DNA of 64,000 nucleotides, taken from positions 62,001 to 126,000 of the forward strand of contig CDROCS010000506.1 of the NCBI GenBank assembly GCA_977020255.1, in the 5' to 3' direction. The position numbers and the translations under genes were made by a program. The notes beneath the pieces are model-generated. The model was not told the origin of the DNA, searched no databases, and saw only the letters and a program-made list of their open reading frames with translations. The DNA is from Obrimoposthia wandeli (lineage: Eukaryota). Shown here piece after piece: positions 54,378 through 63,368 of this stretch. Each line of letters starts with the position of its first letter. Position 1 is the first letter of the stretch.

Positions 54378-55392
54378 CTAGTTATGTGCCCCTTTGTAAA
54401 AATCTTCGAATTGTTCTTCTATTCTTCTAATTTCATTTTTTTGATGTACTAGTTCATCTCTATGCTCTTGTTCTCGTTGCGTTACTTCTTCGTATTCATC
54501 TTTAAGTTCATTAAATGAGTCGACGTCCATGGATCTTACCATACACATGATGAAGGCATCTTTATCAAGTGTTTTCGCTGAAAATAATGTCGAGATTAAT
54601 TTTACAGTCTCATCAAATGCATCATCACCGATGGTGGTCATCAGCACCGGATGTCACAGAGTCACACCTGTCACACTAAAGCGTTAAAGCGTTCTGGAAA
54701 TGCGCAATCACCGATCATCACCGTGGTCACAGGTCACAGGGACAGGGATAGTCACACTTGTTAAAGCGTTATCAGAAAACGCATATTTACCTAACAATAA
54801 AACACTCGTTAAAAGCGTTATGTATCATCATCACCGATGGTGGTCACAGGAAATAGATGGTCACATTCGTTAAAGCGTTATCACACAGAGTCGATAATAC
54901 ACTTGTTAAAGGTTATCAAAGGGATAGTCACACTCGTTAAAAAGCGTTATAAGAAAAACAAATTACCGATGGTGGTCACAGAATCAGGATAGTCCTCTTG
55001 ATAAGAAAACACCACCATTACCGATGGTGGTCACAGATATAAATGAGCTTATCATCAAATGCACCATCACCGATGGTGGTCACAGAGTCAGGGATAGTCA
55101 CACTCGTTAAAGCGTTATCAGAAAACGCATATTTACCGATGGTGGTCACAGAGTCAGGGATAGTCACACTCGTTAAAGCGTTATCAGAAAACGCACCATC
55201 ACCGATGGTGGTCACATTCACCGATGGTGGTCACAGGAACACCACCCAAACTATCATCAGGAAATTAAAGGGTATCGAGATAAATATGCTTCTGAAAACA
55301 TTCATTTGTAAGAGTAGTGTTCAGGGATTATTACTGCAACCTGTTAACGCTGTTGAAATGATCAACAATAAAGAATTAGTTTTTGAATTCAT
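54378..55392 (-). pseudogene. BspA/TpLRR (LRR_5) leucine-rich-repeat lipoprotein, disrupted in this sequence
   Basis: RBS AAGGA + MNSKTNSLLLIISTALTGC lipobox at 55392; [13 protein letters not shown] cap; 22-aa repeats VTTIG(DG/KY)[15 protein letters not shown]; acidic coiled C-terminus (ORF 54378-54647). Confidence 0.8.
54627..55234. repeat. 66-bp LRR-coding tandem array with degenerate and partial units
   Basis: ACCGATGGTGGTCA(C) at 54627, 54833, 54965, 55020, 55069, 55135, 55201, 55220; spacings 206, 132, 55, 49, 66, 66, 19. Confidence 0.92.
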
Positions 55393-55574
55393 TATTTTTC
55401 CTTGAAAAGTGCAGAGAAATCATTATGTTAATCCTCACATCATTATTTAATCTAAAACTCATGTTATGTAAGATCAGAATCCGATTATGGTTCACTACGT
55501 GAAATATAGCGAAACGCCCTCCAAGAATTGTTCTAAACGCGTAGCGAATGTATCAAAGCCAACGGAAAGCATAC

Positions 55575-57033
55575 TAGTAAATCATTCATTGAAATGTCTT
55601 GTCTTGCCACCAGTAGAAATGTCGCTTTTGGTACTATTTTAAAATAGGCAATACTTGTCCATAAATCAAATCATTCATGGTTTACTTGAGGCGCTAGCTC
55701 TAAATTCATGAGGATTGGCAAGCACCGGATTGATGGATCTTAGCTGATCGAGTGCTCGTTGTTGGGCTGAGCGCCTCGGCGCTTATCTTCAGCATCTAAT
55801 TTTTGATGTTCTATCTGAGCTAATTTGAGCACGGCGCCAAGCCTTTTGTTATCAACTACTTGACCTTGATCTATTTTTTGAAGCTTATCAAATATCTGGT
55901 AACGCAAGACGCGATCACCATAACGAATGGCAATGGTACCATCTGGATAATCAAGAACCTGAACCGTTTCACGTGTTAACCTGTTATTTTCCTCGGTAGA
56001 CTCAATCATATAAAGTACTTTATCGTATTGGATCGTCAGTGAATTTGATAGCTTCCTGGTGTCTTGCCAAGAAAAAATGTCATCTAATTCATCGTATTCC
56101 TCTTCGTGAATAGGTCGATGCATATCTTTAGTGCAAATAGGGGGCTTGGCAAATCGTCGATTAAAATCATCAATAAATTCGGGTAACCATCGGTTTGCAT
56201 CAGTCATATTACCAATGCCTTTAAGCCGCATTTCTTTAATCAACCGGTCTTGTAACGTTTTATTAGCTCGTTCAACGCGACCTTTAGCTTGAGAGCTGTT
56301 TGCGCATATTAATTCGATGTTTAAGTCTTTAAGCGCACGACCAAATTGCGTTATTTTAGCCGTTTTAGCATCTCGACTATTCACTTTAAATACGGCATGT
56401 TTATCAGAATAAAACGCGGTTGGTTTACTATTCGTTGCTGGTAACGTTCATTTCCAGAGTTGGTCAACGCCAATGTAATGGTTTGTAACTCATCAATTTA
56501 CTCGTCGCGTCATCAATATAAACAAGTAAGCAGCACTTATCGCTGCGTCCTTCAAACCAATCATGATGAGAGCCGTCAATTTGTATCAGTTCACCTAGAC
56601 AGTCACGACGATAGCGTGGTTGATAGACTTGAGGTTTGCGTTGGAAATGAGGTTTCCAGAGGCCATCAGCAATCATCCAGCGACGTAACGTCTCTAAGCC
56701 AAGCGAGATATCATGTAACTCAACAAGCTTCTCAACGTGAACCAATTGAAATACGCGATAGTGAGTTTTAAATATATCCAGTTGCAGTGGGTTTATTAAA
56801 CCTTCGCGAAGTCGATATATTTGCCGCGGGCAAAGATTAAGAAGAGAAGCTGCTTCGACACCTGAAATGCGTTTATCAATAACGTTTTTGATGGTGCTAA
56901 TTTTGTGTATTTCATTATCAGTCATAGTGAGTAACATCATGTGAGTCCAGAGCATCTAAAGAGATGTTCTGAAGATAGTTCAACATGACATTTCTGATGG
57001 TGCCAAACATGACATCTCTACTGAGGAGCTACA
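55575..57033 (-). mobile_element. ISNCY-family insertion sequence with a split DDE transposase
   Basis: Transposase fragments 56464-56955 (LGELIQIDGSHHDWFEGR..CLLVYIDDAT) and 55740-56384 (ANSSQAKGRVERANKTLQDRL). Imperfect terminal inverted repeats 55591-55623 vs 56987-57018 (27/33). Confidence 0.85.
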
Positions 57034-57099
57034 GTTGTTAAACGCATTATCACCTTTATGTTCAATAGCCCGCATATGGATGATTTTATCTCGAGATCT

Positions 57100-57121
57100 A
57101 AAAAGCCTCCAATTAGGAGGC
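57100..57121 (-). terminator. Intrinsic terminator
   Basis: Minus strand GCCTCC-TAATT-GGAGGC-TTTTT; the loop contains the stop codon of the cryptic ORF. Confidence 0.75.
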
Positions 57122-57328
57122 CAGATTCAATGAGCCACTACAACAATCCTCACTTCTGTACATCTTACTATTATCTTGTATACATTGGCGAGCAAATTTA
57201 TTAGTAATTGTCTGCGACCTCTGTCCTGAACCAATTGAAATACAAGAAGTTGCAGTTCCTGTGGGTTTATAGCTATTAGCGGTCACACCTGTACTAAAAA
57301 TAAGTGGTATAAAATAAGATCTTTACAT
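57113..57328 (-). pseudogene. Cryptic small secreted Cys-rich protein with a stop at codon 2
   Basis: ATG-TAA then 69 open codons RSYFIPLIFSTGVTA-NSYKPTGTATSCISIGSGQRSQTITNKFARQCIQDNSKMYRSEDCCSGSLNLAS, ending in the terminator. Confidence 0.35.
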
Positions 57329-57468
57329 ATTCCGATCCAGAACTAAACTGCGCATAACTGCATCATTGGCGAGTTTATAGATTCTTCGGAGTGAGCGTCA
57401 ATGAGATTCCCATAAAATAAGATCTTTACATATTCCGATCATCGTTCCAGCAACTAAGCTGCGCATAA
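57309..57468. repeat. Direct repeat, 29/29 identical core (offset 103 nt) with a similar 3' extension
   Basis: ATAAAATAAGATCTTTACATATTCCGATC at 57309-57337 and 57412-57440, each followed by CCAG(C)AACTAA(A/G)CTGCGCATAA. Confidence 0.9.
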
Positions 57469-57677
57469 ATATCCCTACAAAATATAATGTGTATTACCAT
57501 CGGTTAGTACAATAATTCTAAGCCGTTTATGTCCACAAACGAGTTAGGCAATGAAATTAAACAATTGTGAACACCAAGGGACTTTGTCGTACCAGTCACG
57601 TGAATCCCCCCTAACTTGAGAACCCCAAAAAACTAACTAAACTCAAATATGTACGCCCCACATATAAGGAAAAGTAA

Positions 57678-58100
57678 ATGGGACATTGCCACAATACGAT
57701 AAACATCGATGCACCTATCGACAAGATCTGGGAAACCATCAGTAACTTCCATGACTTATCATGGGCTGCAGGTGTGATCACCTCTTTGCGCATCGTCGGT
57801 ACCCAACAAGGTCACGAAATTGGCGCAAGGCGAGTATTAAACGACGCTTTTCATGAAACCTTAACAGCAGTAAATGCCGAGCAATATACTTTTTCATACA
57901 GCATTGATGACGGTCCAGGACCAGTAGCCAAAGATGCTGTCGATAACTATATTGGCGTAGTTAAACTGGTCGAAACAAGTGAGGGGACATTAGTTAAATG
58001 GGATTCAAGCTTCGAGTCAGCCAATAGCCAAGAAGTTGCTGATTTTTGTGACCCTATTTATCAAGGCTTGTTGTCGGCCTTGAAAGAAACATTCTCTTAA
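57678..58100 (+). CDS. SRPBCC / polyketide cyclase-dehydrase family protein
   Basis: IDAPIDKIWETISNFHDLSW, IGARR, YTFSYSIDDGP, TLVKWDSSF; RBS AAGGA. Confidence 0.85.
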   Translation: MGHCHNTINIDAPIDKIWETISNFHDLSWAAGVITSLRIVGTQQGHEIGARRVLNDAFHETLTAVNAEQYTFSYSIDDGPGPVAKDAVDNYIGVVKLVETSEGTLVKWDSSFESANSQEVADFCDPIYQGLLSALKETFS

Positions 58101-58141
58101 CGGTATAAATCATATCTTAGTTACGTATAACACAGTCGTTA

Positions 58142-58166
58142 AAAAGGAAGCATTTCAGCTTCCTTT
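58142..58166. terminator. Bidirectional terminator between SRPBCC and patatin
   Basis: AAAAGGAAGC-ATTTCA-GCTTCCTTT between convergent genes. Confidence 0.75.
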
Positions 58167-58184
58167 ATTTATATCGATTCAACA

Positions 58185-59411
58185 TTACCTTAAGGTTGTT
58201 TTATCATTCAGAATATCAGCAAAGTTTTTTACAAAATGACGAGCGACCTCTTTGCCTTCTCGGTAATCCACTTCTAAATCATCCTTATCACTCAACAAAG
58301 CTCTGCTGCGTAAAACTTTCTTTGGTGCTATTTGAATAACCGTCAATCCTTCAGGTGGGTTAACCAAAAAATCATTTAACTCACGATAAGATTGATAATA
58401 GCGAGCTAGCATTTCGACCACTTCACTGCTTTTACCTTTGTTCGACATCGAAAGAAAACGTTCTAAATTATCGGCGTTAAACAATTTCCAACTACCATTA
58501 TCATTTTTCACCAATTCGCTAATCCCTGGTAAAATAAGGGTGTTTTTTTCATCCTGATTTTGATTAAGATTAAGAACAGCTTTATCACTCCAACTTACTT
58601 TCCATAAATCAAAACGCTGAGTAAGATCTTCGTGTAGTGTTTTAAATTTATCTAGCGATTGCTCTAGGCTTAGTTTCTCAATATATTGTGGTAACCTCGA
58701 TTCAATCTTTTGCCGCCAGTCATACAATACACGCCCGCCATTATCGACATTATCAACGGGTTCAGTTCGCACTACCACAATGACTTCAGCGCCGCGTTTC
58801 CATGCTTCTTGTACGGGTATCGCGGCACTCACTCCGCCATCAACCCATTCCAAATCGTTAAAACTTATTTTTTTTGTGTATAAAATAGGCACCCCACAGC
58901 TTGCTCGAAGAACCTCTTTCCAATTGTCCTGATACAGCGGCAGATAAATATCTTGCATGGTGTCTTTTCGGGTTGCACACGCAAAGGCCTGACGATACTG
59001 TAAATTTTTCCGCGCCGTAATGATATCCAGCGGTGTCAGTCCCTTTGCCGAGACAGCATCCAGCGCCCAATCTAAATTCAACGGCTGTTGTTTTCTCAGG
59101 TATTTATAGAGATTGAAAAATTCATCATCTGTGGTGTAATTGACAATAAAGTTGTAGCCAAATTTAGACTGGCGACTGATAAAAGACGAAAGATTAAGTG
59201 CACCAGCAGAAGTGCCTATATACAGTTCAAACGGGTCAAAACCGGCATCCAGAAAATAATCAAATACGCCTGCGGTAAATATGCCTCTCTGCCCACCACC
59301 TTGCACAACCAAAGCTAGCTTTTTTTTCTTAGTCTGATCTATTTGCGTTAAAATTTCGTTGCTAACTTGGCGCTCAATTATACGTGAATTCAACAGCTGA
59401 TGACTTGTCAT
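58185..59411 (-). CDS. Patatin-like phospholipase (YjjU-like)
   Basis: QGGGQRG, GTSAG and DGGVS motifs. Confidence 0.88.
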   Translation of the reverse strand: MTSHQLLNSRIIERQVSNEILTQIDQTKKKKLALVVQGGGQRGIFTAGVFDYFLDAGFDPFELYIGTSAGALNLSSFISRQSKFGYNFIVNYTTDDEFFNLYKYLRKQQPLNLDWALDAVSAKGLTPLDIITARKNLQYRQAFACATRKDTMQDIYLPLYQDNWKEVLRASCGVPILYTKKISFNDLEWVDGGVSAAIPVQEAWKRGAEVIVVVRTEPVDNVDNGGRVLYDWRQKIESRLPQYIEKLSLEQSLDKFKTLHEDLTQRFDLWKVSWSDKAVLNLNQNQDEKNTLILPGISELVKNDNGSWKLFNADNLERFLSMSNKGKSSEVVEMLARYYQSYRELNDFLVNPPEGLTVIQIAPKKVLRSRALLSDKDDLEVDYREGKEVARHFVKNFADILNDKTTLR

Positions 59412-59594
59412 AGTTTACTCACATTAATAGATTGGTGGCGTTGAAAATAGATATAGCCGTTATGGTAATGGGCACTAGCCTAGCAATGACGTGGACTATA
59501 ATCTAAGTGTAGAACACTGCTTGATTACTTATCTTGCATCTGCGGACTTTGGGCTGAAAGGTTTGATATCATCGCAATATTGGAGAACATATTT

Positions 59595-59984
59595 ATGATA
59601 AACGTTAGCGGTAAAGACGGGACTTTAAATAATATTTTAGTTATTGGTGAAAAAGGAATAAGTAATGAAGGTTTTGTACGCTTATTTGACAGCTGTGAAT
59701 TTTCAGTAAGTGTTAATCATGGTGATTTACAAGACATTGATCTTTTAAACTATGGCGCGATCGTACATTTGACACGTTCATCAGATTCATCGGCTTTATT
59801 ATTAGACGACAGATTAACATCAGTTAAAGATGAAAAGTGGATTTTAATCGAAGGTGATGATGAAGATCTGCATTGTACAGTTAAGATTACGGTTTTAGCA
59901 TCAGTAAAACTAAAGTTGTTTATTAGGACACTGTGGGCAAGGTTTAATATCGCTGTCGAAGACAAATGGGTCAGGATATTATGA
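59595..59984 (+). CDS. Hypothetical protein
   Basis: RBS GGAG at 59582-59585 favours the ATG at 59595; no family recognised. Confidence 0.6.
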   Translation: MINVSGKDGTLNNILVIGEKGISNEGFVRLFDSCEFSVSVNHGDLQDIDLLNYGAIVHLTRSSDSSALLLDDRLTSVKDEKWILIEGDDEDLHCTVKITVLASVKLKLFIRTLWARFNIAVEDKWVRIL

Positions 59985-60067
59985 ATAAAGTAAAAATTAA
60001 GCGATTTGGTAATAGCCTTAGCAACTATTGTAGCTATAATTAGTGATACAGCAAATAATTTTAATCA

Positions 60068-60265
60068 GTGAGTCAAGGGTGCATGATGAAAATTTCAATC
60101 ATTAAGAATGACACGGATCTGGTAATAGCCTCTTACCAAATCAATTTGGACACGCTTGATCACACTCCCTCCGACGAAGAATATTATTCTCAGGCATGGC
60201 TACATGCAATTGAGGACGATATTGTCGAAGAGAATGACTATGCCAAGTATAGTTTCAAGATATAG
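60068..60265 (+). CDS. Small acidic hypothetical protein
   Basis: Clean ORF followed by a hairpin at 60293-60313; likely start is the ATG at 60083 or 60086. Confidence 0.6.
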   Translation: MSQGCMMKISIIKNDTDLVIASYQINLDTLDHTPSDEEYYSQAWLHAIEDDIVEENDYAKYSFKI

Positions 60266-60366
60266 CTACGAGCTATAAATAAAAGCTAAATGAGGAAGCA
60301 TTCCAGCTTCCTTTAACTAATACATCTGTGATGGTTCATATGGCCTTACATCGTAGGGCCTTTTGA

Positions 60367-61386
60367 TTATAAATCAGCTAGCGCTGCGGCTACTTTTATA
60401 GCCACGTCTTTCGGTACCCACTGACTCCACTTATCTTTATTATTTAATAAGAAGTGTTCAGCGGCATAATCACCGTCGGCTTGCTCTTCATCTATCCACG
60501 CTAACTGCTGGTTCATTTCATCATTGCTGAATGAACGTTTCCCAAGATACTGCATCACCGCAGGCGCTCGTTTAGAAAAATCAGTAGTCACAATACTCTG
60601 CACAGGCGCTGCTGGATAATCGGTTACTTTCGGGTTTTCACAGTCTTCAACAATGGTACAATTTTCAAATTCATCACGATCAAAACCAGTACCAAAATCA
60701 ACACGCACCATATCGTATTTATCCATGATTGCCGTTGGTGACCAATAATAACCAAACCACGCTTCTTTATTTTCATACGCTTTAGCCATCGAACCCGCTA
60801 AACCAGCGCCGGAACCTGGATCAACTAAATCAAAACCGTAATCAGCAAGGTCCATCGCATTGAATAAGTTAGTCGTTGAGATCTGACAAGTCCAGCCAGC
60901 AGGACAAGCCATGAAAGCAGAACGCGTTGGATCTTCAGGGTGCTGGAATAACTTCGCATTGGCTTTAATACCCGCTAGCGTCGCTAAAGACGGATCTTTT
61001 TCAACCATATACTTAGGTACCCAAAATCCAGAAACTGCACCGTCAGAGAGTAAATCACCTGCCACAACAATGCGCCCTTCTTCACCGCCTTTTGCTAATG
61101 TCGCTCTGATCTGATTAGTCCAAAATTCAGGGGCAATATCAGGGGTATTTTTTTCAATCATCGACGTTGCTGTGATCGTTGAGTTACCTGGCACAATTTC
61201 AACGTCGCAAGCGTAGCCATGTTCTAGAATAAACGCATCAATATTAGCAACCAAGGTAGCGCTACCTAAGTTCATATCGGCGATGGTCACTGAACCGCAT
61301 TCAGCAGCAAGCGTATTGTCTACTGCAAAAGAATTAAAAGACGCCATGGTCAACAGCAATGCTAAGGGTGCTTTTTTAAGCATCAT
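60367..61386 (-). CDS. ProX/OpuAC-family ABC substrate-binding protein (orphan)
   Basis: Signal peptide; DIAPEFW, GFWVPKY, CPAGWTC, WFGYYWSPT motifs. No permease or ATPase gene adjacent. Confidence 0.88.
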   Translation of the reverse strand: MMLKKAPLALLLTMASFNSFAVDNTLAAECGSVTIADMNLGSATLVANIDAFILEHGYACDVEIVPGNSTITATSMIEKNTPDIAPEFWTNQIRATLAKGGEEGRIVVAGDLLSDGAVSGFWVPKYMVEKDPSLATLAGIKANAKLFQHPEDPTRSAFMACPAGWTCQISTTNLFNAMDLADYGFDLVDPGSGAGLAGSMAKAYENKEAWFGYYWSPTAIMDKYDMVRVDFGTGFDRDEFENCTIVEDCENPKVTDYPAAPVQSIVTTDFSKRAPAVMQYLGKRSFSNDEMNQQLAWIDEEQADGDYAAEHFLLNNKDKWSQWVPKDVAIKVAAALADL

Positions 61387-61420
61387 AAAACCTCAAATTA
61401 AACTGGGTGTATTAAATATA

Positions 61421-61440
61421 GATGACGTTATTGTACTGCA
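61421..61440 (-). promoter_or_regulatory. Possible third copy (core only) of the conserved upstream motif
   Basis: GATGACGTTATTGTACTGCA matches the copy 1 core 16/20 and the copy 2 core 14/20; same orientation; 35 nt upstream of the SBP start. Confidence 0.4.
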
Positions 61441-61585
61441 CTATTTTAAAGGCAAGTTTAACCTTTAGTTAAAAATGTTAACTTGTCGCCAAAATTCAGC
61501 GAGTTAATTACTAATAGCTATATCTGTGGCGCTTATTCAAACATACACAATACTTAGATCAGCCATATGTTTAAGGATGTTAAGT

Positions 61586-63277
61586 GTGAAGCGAGAATCA
61601 ATGGAATTTGATGTTGTCATTGTCGGATCTGGACCTGCTGGATTATCTGCAGCCTGTCGCTTACGTCAACTTGCACTAGACACTGATACCGAACTCAGCG
61701 TTTGTATCCTCGAAAAAGCCGCTGATATTGGTGGCCACACCCTTGCAGGTACGATCTTTGAACCCCGCGCATTAGACGAACTGTTTCCCGACTGGCGCGA
61801 CTTAGACTCACCTGTCACCTGTCATGTCAAACGTGATGAAACTTGGTTGTTAAAAAACGCCACCACAGCCCGCCGCGTACCCAGCATGTTAGTGCCATCA
61901 AGTTTAGACAACAAGCACAACTACATCATCAGCCTTGGTGATCTGTGTATTTGGTTAGCCAAACAAGCTGAAGAGTTGGGTGTCGAAATATTTACCGGTT
62001 TTGCCGCCAATGAATTCACCTTTGCTGACGATGGTAGCGTCAAAGGCGTGATCACCGGAGACATGGGACGTGATAAAAACGGCGCAGAAAAAGACAACTT
62101 CATGCCAGGTATGGAACTTATTGGCAAGTATACCTTAGTCACCGAAGGCTCTCGTGGTCATTTAGGTAAACAATTAATCGAGAAGTACCAATTAGATAAA
62201 GACGCCGATCCACAGCATTACGGACTCGGCATTAAAGAGTTGTGGCAAATAGACCCAAATATTCATCAACCGGGATTAGTCATTCACAGTATCGGCTGGC
62301 CATTAGCAGAGCACGGTGCGACTGGTGGTGCTTTTTTATATCACGTCGGTAAAGATCAAGCTTATGTCGGTCTCATCACTGATTTAAACTATCAAAACCC
62401 TTACCTCAGCCCTTTCGAAGAATTCCAACGGCTTAAATTACACCCTGCAGTGAGTCGCTATTTAAAAGGCGGGAAACGACTAGCTTACGGCGCGAGAACT
62501 GTAACCAAAGGTGGTTATAACTGTTTACCGAAGATGGTATTCCCCGGCGGATTATTACTCGGTTGTGATGCCGGTACATTGAACGTGGCTAAATTAAAAG
62601 GCACTCATACCGCCATGAAAACAGGTATGGTCGGTGCTGAAGCCGTGTTTTCCGCAATGGCATTGACACGCTATAAAGCCAACGAAAGCACTGAACAAGC
62701 AACTGATAAAGCGACAAAAGCCAGTAATAGCCTCGAACACTTCACCTTATTATATGAAGCATCTTGGGTCTACCAAGAGTTATATCAATCACGTAATTTT
62801 GCGCCGATCACACATCGCTGTAATGCCATGCTGGGCGTCACCTGGTTTGAGCAAAACATATTGCACAAAAGCTTACCCTTTACCCTGCACGACTCAAAAC
62901 CAGATCACAGCCAATTACAAAAAGTCACCCGATCGTCAGCCATCACGTATCCGAAACCAGATAACATCTTAACCTTTGACCGTTTAAGCTCGGTATTTTT
63001 AGCGAATATACAACATGATGCCGACCAACCAAACCACCTTAAACTGACCGACCCGAGTATACCAATGTGTACCAACCTGCCCCGTTTTGCAGAACCCGCG
63101 CAACGATATTGCCCTGCGGCGGTATATGAAATAGTCACGGTTGATAAAGAAGTTAAATTCCAAATAAATGCGCAAAACTGTATCCACTGTAAAGCGTGCG
63201 ACATAAAAGACCCGTCGCAGAACATTGTATGGACACCACCAGAAGGCGGTAGCGGTCCCAACTATTCAGGAATGTAG
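61586..63277 (+). CDS. Electron transfer flavoprotein-ubiquinone oxidoreductase
   Basis: FDVVIVGSGPAGLSAA, HYGLGIKELW, GCDAGTLN, C-terminal 4Fe-4S RYCPAAVYE..NCIHCKACDIKDP. GTG start at 61586 after TAAGGA. Confidence 0.93.
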   Translation: MKRESMEFDVVIVGSGPAGLSAACRLRQLALDTDTELSVCILEKAADIGGHTLAGTIFEPRALDELFPDWRDLDSPVTCHVKRDETWLLKNATTARRVPSMLVPSSLDNKHNYIISLGDLCIWLAKQAEELGVEIFTGFAANEFTFADDGSVKGVITGDMGRDKNGAEKDNFMPGMELIGKYTLVTEGSRGHLGKQLIEKYQLDKDADPQHYGLGIKELWQIDPNIHQPGLVIHSIGWPLAEHGATGGAFLYHVGKDQAYVGLITDLNYQNPYLSPFEEFQRLKLHPAVSRYLKGGKRLAYGARTVTKGGYNCLPKMVFPGGLLLGCDAGTLNVAKLKGTHTAMKTGMVGAEAVFSAMALTRYKANESTEQATDKATKASNSLEHFTLLYEASWVYQELYQSRNFAPITHRCNAMLGVTWFEQNILHKSLPFTLHDSKPDHSQLQKVTRSSAITYPKPDNILTFDRLSSVFLANIQHDADQPNHLKLTDPSIPMCTNLPRFAEPAQRYCPAAVYEIVTVDKEVKFQINAQNCIHCKACDIKDPSQNIVWTPPEGGSGPNYSGM

Positions 63278-63297
63278 AGCATACTGGCGTATGAAAA

Positions 63298-63331
63298 AAA
63301 AGCGCTACTAATCAGTGATTAGCAGCGCTTT
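63298..63331. terminator. Bidirectional terminator between ETF-QO and glpD
   Basis: AAAGCGCTACTAATC-AGT-GATTAGCAGCGCTTT with an upstream A run. Confidence 0.8.
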
Positions 63332-63368
63332 AATGTGAGTTGATCAATCAACGTAGTGAGTTACGCGA

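Noticed and set aside
54627-55234. CRISPR-like array (recurring 15-mer with variable spacing)
   Set aside because: The intervening sequences are themselves repeats, intact units have a 66-bp codon-phased period encoding TpLRR, and no cas genes are present.
55043-55405. 120-aa plus-strand ORF with repeats
   Set aside because: Antisense shadow of the LRR repeats; the minus strand has the RBS, lipobox and recognised family.
58185-59411. Extra ~130 aa in the second patatin relative to the first
   Set aside because: YjjU-type patatins are commonly longer in this region; not evidence of novelty without an alignment.
1363-63261. Numerous short ORF-track entries nested in or antisense to long genes (e.g. 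5771-6040, 12894-13154, 26220-26684, 62905-63261)
   Set aside because: They overlap well-supported genes and show no motifs or RBS; treated as shadow ORFs.
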